Shown here piece after piece: positions 19,569-28,759 of a stretch of DNA of 64,000 bases. The position numbers were made by a program, and so were the translations under genes. The notes beneath the pieces are model-generated. The model saw only the letters and a list, made by a program, of their open reading frames with translations. It was not told the origin of the DNA and made no database searches. Where the stretch lies: the IMG/VR virus record IMGVR_UViG_3300035181_002953. One strand, written 5' to 3'. Each line of letters opens with the position of its first letter. Position 1 is the stretch's first letter. Origin of the DNA: an uncultured virus (IMG/VR IMGVR_UViG_3300035181_002953). Lineage: Duplodnaviria > Heunggongvirae > Uroviricota > Caudoviricetes.

Positions 19569-20195
19569 ATGGAAGAAGAAACGACGTACGTTGCGGCCGA
19601 GGACCACGTGGTGGGCGAGCGGCTTCTAGAGCTGCGGCGGCGCGTCTACAGCTGTATGCGCGACGAGCGCGCGCCCATGTCGCCGAACGTGGCGCTCGCG
19701 CTGATCGACCGGTGCACCGCCCTGATCAACGCGCTCGACAAGGCCGAGGAGCTGGGCGACCTCGTGTGCGAGGCCGCGCAGCTTGCATGGGCAGCGCAGG
19801 GCGATCAGGTCTCCGCGCAGGCATGGGAGAAGAGAGCCACGGAGATCCTGCAGCGCCTCGGCGAGCCGCTGAACTTGGCCGGAAAGATCCCGCAGAACAC
19901 TGCGCCGTCGATGGGGAAGGAATCGAAGACCATGAAGAAGATCATTGCAGGGGGTGTCATCGATTGCGTGGAGCTGACCCCGGACGGGCGGCTCGCGCAA
20001 GTCGAGATCGACTACTCGCGCTCGAACATCGACGATGGGTTCAGTGTCCGGCACGTGCTGATCGTCACCCCGGAGGCGGCCGATGAGCTGGCGTCGCGCT
20101 TTCGGAAGAAGGTCAAGATCACCATCGAGGAGGACGACTCCATCGATCCATGTGATTTCGTCGGCGACATTGCCGCCGAGGAGAGCGACTCGTGA
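19569..20195 (+). CDS. hypothetical protein co-transcribed with the Cas12-like gene (possibly two genes)
   Basis: SD GAGAGG; stop overlaps the GTG of the Cas12-like gene; possible second start MKKIIAGG near 19932. Confidence 0.6.
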   Translation: MEEETTYVAAEDHVVGERLLELRRRVYSCMRDERAPMSPNVALALIDRCTALINALDKAEELGDLVCEAAQLAWAAQGDQVSAQAWEKRATEILQRLGEPLNLAGKIPQNTAPSMGKESKTMKKIIAGGVIDCVELTPDGRLAQVEIDYSRSNIDDGFSVRHVLIVTPEAADELASRFRKKVKITIEEDDSIDPCDFVGDIAAEESDS

Positions 20196-22045
20196 ACCGC
20201 GTGTTCCGATATGGGCTCCTCTCGCCCGACGCCGAGAAGATCGACGCCATCGAGAGCCAGGCGACGCTACTCCACCGCTACCGCAACATGCTCATCCAGA
20301 TCGAGCGCGCGCGCCGCGCCGCGCTGCGTGAGCTCGAGGGCGGCGGCGGCGGCATTCCTGCCCTCCAGGCGGCTGCCGACGAGGCGAAGCGCTTCGAGGA
20401 CGACGCGGAGAAGGCCGTGAAGGCGGCCCGGAAGAAGACCAGGTCGCGCTCGGAGACCGAGGACGCGCGCGCCGTGCTCCGGGTGCTCCGCATCCGCCGG
20501 AGCAAGGCCGTCGGGGAGCTCAAGCAGGCGATGGCCCTCATCCGGCAGGACCCGGAGATCGCCGCGGCCCGCAAGGCCATCAACGAGCGGTCGGAGATCC
20601 TGCGCAAGGGCGCCCGCGGCGAGTCGGGCTGCTACTGGGGCAGCTACCTGCTCCAGGAAAACGCGATGGAGGCGAGCCAGAAGATGCCCCTCTACGACAA
20701 GACGATGCCGAACGACCCTCGGTTCAAGTCCGCGAGCAAGCGCGCGCAGTTCGGCGTGCTCATCCAGAACGGCATCACGGTGAAAGAGCTCTTCGCCGGC
20801 GCCAGCTCGAAGATTCGCATCGATGCCCCGTGCGAGGAGGCAGCGCATTCCGGGAAGCGACGCGACCGCCGGCACCACGCCGGCAAGATCCACCTGCGCA
20901 TTGCCTCCGACGACAACGCGAAGCCGGTGTGGGTCTCGTGGCCGATCATCATGCACCGGCCGATTCCCGAAGGTTCTCTGATCAAGAGCGCCGTCGTCAC
21001 GCGCTCGACCATCGGTCCGCGCACGCAGTGGTCTCTGGCCCTCAGCGTCGACGTCCCGGACGAGCTCGCGCGCGGCTGCGGCGAGGGCGCGGTGGCCATC
21101 GACATCGGCTGGCGCATCATCGGGAACGATCTGCGCGTCGCCACGTGGCGCGACCAGGAAGGCCACACGGGCGATCTCCGCCTCTCCGAGAAGGTCATCA
21201 AGCAGCTGCGGAAGCCCGAAGAGCTGCGCTCGACCCGGGACCAGAACTTCGACGCCGCCCGCGACAAGCTCGGCGCCTGGATCAAGGCGCAGCTCGAGCT
21301 CGGAGCCATCCCCGCCTGGCTACTCGACCGCGCCAAGAGCATCGCGCAGTGGCGCTCGCAGGACCGTCTCGCAGCCGTCGCGCTCTTCTGGAAGACGAAT
21401 CGCTTCGACGGCGACACGGATGCCTACGAGGCGCTCGAGGGCTGGCGCTACCACGACTGGCACCTGTGGAAGTGGGAGACCTCGCAGCGGATCAAGGCAC
21501 TTCGGCACCGCCGGGAGATCTACCGCATCTTCGCCGCCGACCTGTCGCGCCGGTACAGCACTCTCATCGTCGAGGACTTCGACCTCAGCAAGATGTCGAA
21601 GAAGCAACCGACGGAGGGAGTGGGCGAGAACCAGAATGCCAGGTCGAACCGGTTCCTCGCCGCGACGAGCGAGCTTCGCATCGTCCTGTCCGATGCGTTT
21701 CATGCGCGCGGCGGCGAGATGATCAAGGTCGGAGCGATGGCGACCACCATCGAGTGCCACGTCTGCCACCACGTCGAGACGTTCGACAAGGCTTCGTCCG
21801 TCGACCGGGCGGATCCGTGCCCGAAGTGCGGCGCCCAGTGGGATCAGGACGTCAACGCGGCGATCAACCTGCTCGCCCGCTGGGACGCGATCAAGGATAA
21901 GCCGCGCGCGGAGAAGAAGCCCCGCGAGTCGCGGTGGGCGAAGAAGAAGCGCACGAAGGCCGAGAAGTATGCGGCGGAGCTGCAGAAGCAAGCGGGAGCT
22001 CATCCCTCGGCGCCCGACGAGCACAGCGAACAGCCGTCCCCCTGA
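20192..22045 (+). CDS. cas12m: Cas12m-like (type V-M/V-U1) RNA-guided effector, TnpB superfamily, RuvC triad intact
   Basis: 617 aa. N-terminal VFRYGL..HRYRN and long coiled-coil REC; YWGSY; HRPIPEGSLIKSAVVTR; RuvC-I AIDIGWR (D304); WRSQDRLAAVALFWK; HRREIYRIFAADL; RuvC-II IVEDFDL (E461); Zn finger CHVC/CPKC; RuvC-III WDQDVNAA (D553). Collinear with Cas12m blocks recalled from memory; adjacent matching repeats. Confidence 0.82.
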   Translation: MNRVFRYGLLSPDAEKIDAIESQATLLHRYRNMLIQIERARRAALRELEGGGGGIPALQAAADEAKRFEDDAEKAVKAARKKTRSRSETEDARAVLRVLRIRRSKAVGELKQAMALIRQDPEIAAARKAINERSEILRKGARGESGCYWGSYLLQENAMEASQKMPLYDKTMPNDPRFKSASKRAQFGVLIQNGITVKELFAGASSKIRIDAPCEEAAHSGKRRDRRHHAGKIHLRIASDDNAKPVWVSWPIIMHRPIPEGSLIKSAVVTRSTIGPRTQWSLALSVDVPDELARGCGEGAVAIDIGWRIIGNDLRVATWRDQEGHTGDLRLSEKVIKQLRKPEELRSTRDQNFDAARDKLGAWIKAQLELGAIPAWLLDRAKSIAQWRSQDRLAAVALFWKTNRFDGDTDAYEALEGWRYHDWHLWKWETSQRIKALRHRREIYRIFAADLSRRYSTLIVEDFDLSKMSKKQPTEGVGENQNARSNRFLAATSELRIVLSDAFHARGGEMIKVGAMATTIECHVCHHVETFDKASSVDRADPCPKCGAQWDQDVNAAINLLARWDAIKDKPRAEKKPRESRWAKKKRTKAEKYAAELQKQAGAHPSAPDEHSEQPSP

Positions 22046-22246
22046 TCCGCGCTCGGCCGGCTCTCACCGAGACAAGCAGGACAATCGCTCACACGCGCTC
22101 GGCCGCCCTTCTGCCGAGACACCAAGAGCACGGACCTATCCTCTCACCATACGAGCACCCTATGAACGAACGCCACTCGACCATCATGATGCAGACGCGA
22201 AACGGCCTGGAAGTTCCGTGTCTCGGCCGAGCTTCGGGCCAAGGAC
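22044..22246 (+). CRISPR. degenerate mini-array directly downstream of cas12m (repeats ending at 22073, 22120 and a divergent copy at 22246)
   Basis: GCGCTCGGCCGGCTCTCACCGAGAC; GCGCTCGGCCGCCCTTCTGCCGAGAC; GTTCCGTGTCTCGGCCGAGCTTCGGGCCAAGGAC. Confidence 0.65.
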
Positions 22247-22252
22247 GGCCCC

Positions 22253-22480
22253 GTGTTCGACGTGGAGCATGGGATCCCCATGGCGCGCACGACGTTCCTG
22301 AGATGGGACGTGTTCACCGAGGACTACCGGCACCTCCTCGTCGCCTCGGGCCCGGTACCGGACAAGCCCAGCGCCATCCGCATCGACATCACGCAGACCA
22401 CGATCACGGAGGACATGGATGTCGTGAGAACGGTTCCCGTGACGCACGGGATCATCCGCTTTTTCGTGTATGAGTTCTAG
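22253..22480 (+). CDS. small hypothetical protein embedded between repeats
   Basis: 75-aa ORF; the next repeat begins at its stop codon. Confidence 0.5.
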   Translation: MFDVEHGIPMARTTFLRWDVFTEDYRHLLVASGPVPDKPSAIRIDITQTTITEDMDVVRTVPVTHGIIRFFVYEF

Positions 22481-22675
22481 TTCCGCGCTCGGCCGGCTCC
22501 GCTGCCGAGACCACATCGAACGTGCCCGCTCGGCGGCCTCACGGCCGAGACTCATGGTCAGCGTTCCGACGAGATTCGATTCCTGATCCGCACAACCACC
22601 GCTCGGCGTATCTCTAGAGCCGAGACCTCAGCGCGCTTCACCCGCAATGCCAGCTCGATGGTTTCTCGTCGAGAC
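22480..22675 (+). CRISPR. degenerate mini-array (repeats ending at 22511, 22551, 22626, 22675)
   Basis: GCTCGGC-CGGCTCCGCT-GCCGAGAC; GCTCGGC-GGCCTCACG-GCCGAGAC; GCTCGGC-GTATCTCTAGA-GCCGAGAC; GCTCGAT-GGTTTCTC-GTCGAGAC (compensatory stem). Confidence 0.7.
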
Positions 22676-22694
22676 CTAACCGAAGGATGGACCC

Positions 22695-22961
22695 ATGTCG
22701 CAACGCGAACTGCTCACGATCCTTCGCAAGCTGACGCCGGGGCAGCGAGCCGTGCTCATGGCCGCCGGGCAGATGGACCACCCGGGCGTCGTCCAGGGCG
22801 ACATGGATGCAGCTCGGAAGCTCGCGAAGGCGGGGCTCGTGGCGCTCGATCCCAGCGGGCCTACTGGCGACGGCCGCTGGAAGGTCGACCTCACCGATCT
22901 AGGCCGAGAAGCGGCGGCGCTAGCGACCGAAGCAGTTCGTGTTCTCCCCCGCAAGCGCTGA
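22695..22961 (+). CDS. winged-helix-like small protein
   Basis: LTPGQRAVL...ARKLAKAGLV...WKVDLTDLGREAA. Confidence 0.6.
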   Translation: MSQRELLTILRKLTPGQRAVLMAAGQMDHPGVVQGDMDAARKLAKAGLVALDPSGPTGDGRWKVDLTDLGREAAALATEAVRVLPRKR

Positions 22962-24788
22962 GTTCCGCGGGGCGCGTCCGTCCTGCCCCCATGTCCACCA
23001 CGAAGACGAAAGAGCAGCTCGAGCTCGAGCTGAAAGAAGCGATCCGCCTCATCGGGTGCCTGGTCGAAGACCATTGCTCGTACCTCAGCCTCCGCAACGG
23101 GCGGTGGGTCAACGGCGTCTACAAACACGAGTCGTGCCGGGAGGCAATGACCCGGATGCGGGCGTGCCGCACCCCGGCTGCTACAACTGCGAGGCTCGCG
23201 AGTTCCTCGCCAAGCACCGCTGAGGCTGGCGCGGGCGTCTCGTCCCGAGGGCATGAAGATCATCGCCCGCATCTCCTCCACCTGCCGCTGCTGCAAAGGC
23301 CACATCCGCGCCGGGCAGGTCATCGACTGGGAGCGCGGCATCGGCTCCACCCACGCGCAGTGCCCGCCGGTCCTCGAGACGGTGCCCCTTCTGCCGAAGG
23401 AGATGGCACGCGCCGCCTTTCAGCTGATCGAGGGCATCGCCACCATGGCCGACCGTCGCCGGAGGCCACGATGACGCCGACCGTTCTGGATGCGTTCCGC
23501 TGGTACACGATTCTCGAGATCCTCAAGATCGACCCGAACCTCATCACCGATGCGCGCCGCGTGTGCGGCGGCGAATACGGCCTGAACCTCGGCAACAGCC
23601 TGCGCCTGCATGGCAAGCCCGTTCGCATCGACCTATTCTCCCACTGATTCACTCTCACCCGCCCCGTCAGGACAGCATGACCACCACCGACACCACCGCG
23701 ATCTGGCCGCCCATCACGTACAGCGGCTTCGAAGGCCGCGCCGCCCGCAAGAGCATCGGCGAGAAGGCGGTCGTCATTCTCGACCCCGAGGACCGCTCGT
23801 GCTCGGCCTACACCTTCATCGGGTCCGGCGTACCGGCCAAGGTGTGGCACCACCGGGCCGTGACGATTGCCCTCGTCGCGGAGGCCTCGCTCGAGGCCGT
23901 CGAGTCAGCCCTCCGTGGCGGCGAGAGCACCATCGAGGCCCTCTTTGCCCTCTACGCCGGCAAGGACTGGGACGGCTCGAACCACGTCGGCACGTGGAAC
24001 GACCCCGACGACACCCGCTTCGTGCTGCTCGAAAAGCTCGAGAGCGAGCTGGGCGAGGTGCCGACCTACTGGGACGCGTCGGACTACTTCGCGCCCGTCG
24101 TGGTCGAGATCGCTGGCGACGTCGCCGCGCTGGTCCGTACCGGCGTCCGCCCGGAAGAGGCCGTCGAGCTCATCGCCAAGAAAGAAGTCGACTCGGCCGA
24201 GGACGTCATCCTCGAACTGGGCGACGTCGAAGACACCATCCGCGAGCTGTACATCCACGCGGTCGAGAAGGTCATCCTGGCCGCCGACATCTCGACCGTC
24301 GAGATCACGAAGCGCGACCTCGACTCGATCCTGGTGTGGATCGACGGCCAGCCGGCCCTCGCCGAGGTCGCCATCGCGGCGCTGTGCCTCGACCAGGACG
24401 CCACGAACGACGGTGCCGCCGCCTACTTCGAGTACGACAGCGAGACCGACGCGTCGGACTGTCCGGCGAGCGCTCAGGCGCCGGCGTGAGGGGCTGCCTC
24501 GACTGCGGGGGCACCGACGAGGCCCCGCCCCGGCACACAACGGACTGCCCCCAGCTCGAGCGCGTAGCCGAGGGGCCGCTCGGGCGCGGGTGCCGCTTCT
24601 GCGGCGCCACGGGCCTCGCCACCGGGCCGGCATTCGACCCCGATGGCAGCGAGGCCTGCGGGTTCTGCGGCGCCGTCCCGGGGCAGGCCTATGCGACCCG
24701 CCCCAGGTTCAACCGCGGCGCGGCAGCGATTCCAGGCTTCCGAGTGAAGCCGCGCGCGGGCCGCTGAGCTTCCACGAGAGGCGCCGTC
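22957..24788 (+). promoter_or_regulatory. cluster of four promoter motifs (22957-22982, 23219-23244, 23643-23668 CTGAT variant, 24763-24788), each exactly 8 nt before an ATG
   Basis: ATGs at 22991, 23253, 23677 and 24797. Confidence 0.7.
23677..24489 (+). CDS. acidic hypothetical phage protein
   Basis: Follows promoter motif; WDGSNHVGTW motif; GC3-biased. Confidence 0.7.
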   Translation: MTTTDTTAIWPPITYSGFEGRAARKSIGEKAVVILDPEDRSCSAYTFIGSGVPAKVWHHRAVTIALVAEASLEAVESALRGGESTIEALFALYAGKDWDGSNHVGTWNDPDDTRFVLLEKLESELGEVPTYWDASDYFAPVVVEIAGDVAALVRTGVRPEEAVELIAKKEVDSAEDVILELGDVEDTIRELYIHAVEKVILAADISTVEITKRDLDSILVWIDGQPALAEVAIAALCLDQDATNDGAAAYFEYDSETDASDCPASAQAPA

Positions 24789-24796
24789 CTACCACC

Positions 24797-25066
24797 ATGG
24801 CCACCTACACCGTCTACTACGCCCGCGGATTCGCCGATCGCAACCCTCCCGCGACGCTGAAGCTCGCCAACTATGCGAAGATCACCGCCGTCGAGGCTAC
24901 GGGGCTCGAGGACGTCTTCCGCCAGATGAACGTCGTGGATGGCACCGAGATGCCCGTCCGCATCCACTGCCGCTCGATGAGCGTCGGTGACGTGGTCGTC
25001 GACGAGGCCGGCGCCGCGCACTTCGTCTGCTCGGCCGGCTGGCAAATCGTCGCGCTGGAGTCGTGA
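24797..25066 (+). CDS. YodL-like domain protein
   Basis: LEDVFRQMN...RSMSVGDVVV...HFVCSAGW. Confidence 0.65.
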   Translation: MATYTVYYARGFADRNPPATLKLANYAKITAVEATGLEDVFRQMNVVDGTEMPVRIHCRSMSVGDVVVDEAGAAHFVCSAGWQIVALES

Positions 25067-28000
25067 TGGCCAACTCCGTCAAGTCTCGATGGGCGCACAA
25101 GCTGACCCTGACGTCCTCCGGCGAGCAAAGCCGCGCCGAGCGGTCGTGGACGGCGAGCTGCGTGTGTGGCTGGACGGAAAGCGCCAGCACGAAAGCGCTC
25201 GCGTCCGGGGAGTACAAGGCCCACCGCGACCGCGAATACAGCCTTCACCGGCGCGCCGCGCTGCCGGTGCTTCACCCATGCGGCGACTGCGCGCACGCAC
25301 ACAACGTCGTCGCGGACCCGAGCGGCACGTCCACCTCGGGCCCCGGGTGCCCGCTGACCGGCGACCACGCGACGAAGCGATGCGACGCCTACGCGGCGCC
25401 GGTCGCGTCGGTGGCGAAGATCTGCACGTGCACGCACACGCTCGCGCCGTGGCACGCGCGGGGCGGTCCTTGCATGGAGGTCGGGTGCAGGTGCATCGGC
25501 TTTTCCGATCGGACGCACAGGGTAACGCCCGCGGATCGCGCCGCCCGACTGGTCCGTGTCGATCGGTGCGGCGCGATGCAGGACCACGTGTCGACCGTGT
25601 ACATCGGCGGCATCGACACCCGCGCTCGTCTTCCCCCCGAGAAGGCCGAGGCGCTGGCGGAGAAGCTGCGCCACGTTCTCGAGTTCGAGTTCACGATGGC
25701 CGAAACGGATACCAAATGACCACCGACGCAATCCTGCTCCGCCTGTTCGGTCACGGGAGCCAAGAGGTGTCGATCGTCCCGAAGGGCGACGAGGTAGGCG
25801 CGATCCGCCGGCTCGAGACGAAGGGCCTTCTCGCCGTCCGACGAATGGCCCCGGGCTCCTTGATGGCAGACATGGGCTACTGGAACATCCGCCCGACCGA
25901 CGCCGGCAATGCGGTGCTCGCGCGCGCCGTCGACCGCTACATCGCGCGCCTGAACGTGGGCGCCGTCGACGCCGCGCGCGCCATTCGCGAGGACGTCGCC
26001 GACGAGGCCGACGTCGACCGGTGCATCAAGCTCAAGCTGGCGGTTCGGAGCAGCGGGAAGGTCTTCCTCTCCGCCCTCGGCCGGCGCGCCGTCAATCGGG
26101 AGGACCGCCACTGATGAGCTCGCGCGGCGCCCGTCTTGGATGACAAGGAGCCACCCCATGTTGAGCATGTGCCTTTCCGCTTCGCTGCTGCGCCTCTGCC
26201 CCGTGTGCGGAGACGCGATGGACGACAAGAAAATCACCGACCGTGCGTTCGAGGCCGGTCTCTGCGGCGTCGGCACGCTGCACTCGCTGCTCGAGGACGG
26301 CATTTGCCCCTACTGCTTCTGCCGCGGTCTGCGCGTCGACTCCTTGAAGGACGACTGGCGCCGGTGGTGCGGCGGCAGGCCGGCGAGCGACGACACCATC
26401 ATCTCGAAATCCGTCAGCCTTCCCTTTGACTTGATCTGATGACCATGACCACCGTGACCAAGCCCCGTTTTCTACCCGCGCTCGACGATGCCAACGGCGA
26501 CCCGTACGTGCTCATCCTGCAGCCCAACGTCCCGCCTCAAGAACAGCTGTGGTGTCGGTTGCGCCTCACCGACGCGATGAAGCTGGTCGAGGATACCCGA
26601 GTGGCCCTAAACGACGCCTTGTCACCCGAGCCGAAGAAGGCGTACCACGTTGTCCATTCCATCGACCTCGACGGGTTGATTATCTTCATCGCTCGCGACT
26701 TCCCGAGCATGGCCCTCATCCGGTCATCGGAGCCCATCGGTGACAAAGCGCAGTGGTCCTCCGTGGGGGACGAGCTCATGCGGCTCGCGGAGCTGAACGA
26801 GGCCTGCGAGCGCGCGCTCGGTCTCGCCGCGACCTGGCGCGAGGACCACCGTGACGAGAGGGACATGTGACGGCCCCCGTCGAGGTGACCGTCCCGCTCG
26901 AGGAAGCGACGGAGATCTGCGACGACGTCCCGCTCTCGATCACCACCGTGACCGACCAGGTGCCTTCCCTGAGAATGCGGGAGATCACCGGCGGATCGCC
27001 GCTGGTGCCGATGGTCGCGCTCTCGTTCGACGTCGACCGAGGCGAACAAGGGATCTGCACGATCGAGCTCGTCCTCACGGAAACGAACTGGCGCAAACTT
27101 CACCGAGACCGAGGTACCGATGCGACGTGAACGACTTCTCTCTTCCGCGGGCGAGCCTCTTCTCGGCGAGCTGCGCGGCATCTACATGGCCGAGCGTCGC
27201 CGGCAGGCGTTCCGTGTCGCCTACGGACGGGAGCCCGCCTTCAAGGCCGAGCTGATGCCCGACGACGACTTCGTAAGGGCCTACCGCCTGGTCAACATCC
27301 AAGAGGCCTACCGCGACTTCGACCGGCTCGTGCGGACCGACCTCGACGAGTTGGCGGGCACGCTCCGCTGAGGCCTGGAGGCTATGATCGGGGCGTGTCC
27401 TACATGCTCGACCGGTTCTTCAACATCATGGTGGTCTCGATGGTCCTCTCGGTGGTAGCTGCCGCGGCGCTGGTCGTGGTAGAGCGTGAGAGGGGTAGGC
27501 CGAAGACGCTTTCGATCGTCATCGGGTGGTTCGTGGCGATGTTCTTCGGGTGGGCGTTTCTTCGATGGGGGATGCGGCGATGAGAGGACTTGGACCGGAC
27601 GAAGAGTCGCTCTTGCGGCTCATCCAAGCGGAGAACGACGCGCCGATGGTGGAGTCGACGCTCATCGGCGACGGCGCCGGGTTCGAGCTCGTCGTCGCGC
27701 TCGAGGCCCGAGGGCTCGTCTCGATCGTGCTCGAAGAGCACGTGATCGACGAGGTGCCGCACGACTGCGACGTCGCCCGCATCACGGATCTCGGCCGGCT
27801 CGCGCTGCGCGTCGCCTCGTCCGTCCCGAGCTTGACGGAGGACCTCCGATGCTCGACCTGATCCTGGCCGCCATCGGCCTCGCGCTCGGCATCGTCGGCG
27901 TGTCTCTGCACTGGCGTGGCGTCAGGGCTCGACTCTTCCCGCCCAAGATGACCGAGATCCACGTGGCCCCGGAGCCGCACGCGCCCGACTCGCCGTGCGG

Positions 28001-28759
28001 CCCGTACCGCATGGCGGAATCCCACCGGTGCCCGACGTGCGGGCACGACTCGAGTGAGCTCGCCCCGGTCGTCGTGCCGGTGCCGCCGCCGGCGACGTCG
28101 AAGCGCGTGCCGCCGAAGCCGCCGCCGACGCCCGCGCCGGGCCCCGGCCGCGAGGTGACGTACTTCGAGGCGATTGAGGGGCTCGGGCGGATTCGGCGCG
28201 GGGAGCCATGGTTTCCTTTGCCGCCGACGCCGGGACCCGGTTCACGTCGGGAGGGTGGCTGATGGACGCCCTGGTCGCCATCGTCGCGAGCCTCTCGGTC
28301 GCGTCGCTCATCGCGTGCGTGATGTCTGCGCGGACGGTGTCCAAGCAGGCATTCCAGCAACGGAAGATGCTCAACGAGCTGCAGGACTCGAACCTCGCGC
28401 TCCGCCAAGAGCTCGACGTGATCCTTGCGACGCGGGGGCGGCGTCAGCTGAAGCAGATGTACGCCGCATACCTGATCAACAGCCCCTACCGCACCGCCGA
28501 CGCGCCGCCGCACTGCCACGATTGCGGGCGCCCGCACGAAGAGACGGATCTCGACGGACGAATCGAGCGCGGTGCCGTTCTGGAGCATGTTGGCTATCTC
28601 GCTGCCGGCGAGCGCGCGGCGCTCGAGCGCATCGGCTACCTGGTAGGCGATGCGTCCTATCGAGCCTACCGCCGACGATCCGAGCCGCGTGACGTCGAGG
28701 ACGCGATCGATCCCGCGGACGACGACGAGGGCGGCGATGACATCGGACGCCTTGCATGA
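25063..28759 (+). other. run of small hypothetical genes (25063-25719 Cys-rich, 25716-26114, 26140-26439, 26439-26870, 26867-27130, 27120-27371, 27395-27583, 27580-27861, 27849-28262, 28262-28759)
   Basis: Coupled co-oriented ORFs, several with TM segments; promoter motif variant at 26110-26135. Confidence 0.55.

Noticed and set aside
20192..22045. IS200/IS605 or IS607 transposon TnpB
   Set aside because: Longer than typical TnpB, with Cas12m-type insertions; no tnpA or recognisable IS ends; operon-coupled and followed by CRISPR-like repeats
22170..22196. Additional repeat copy CTCGACCATCATGATGCAGAC, and a missing unit near 14670-14694
   Set aside because: The stem does not pair well; too degenerate to count
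22044..22675. TIGR-type dual-spacer array (variable loop as a second spacer)
   Set aside because: No box C/D motifs or Nop-domain protein; loop length varies from 4 to 11 nt and the CCCTCGAA loop recurs, fitting a Cas12 repeat hairpin
14605..22694. Self-targeting of spacers within the window (e.g. ACAATCGC near 14513, AGAATCC near 5534, CTCAGCG matching the promoter motif)
   Set aside because: Only 7-9 nt partial matches found by eye, with no consistent PAM; consistent with chance and needs a computational search
27367..27392. GCTGAGG at a gene end as a member of the promoter family
   Set aside because: No CGTC at 16 nt; a TATGAT box lies there instead
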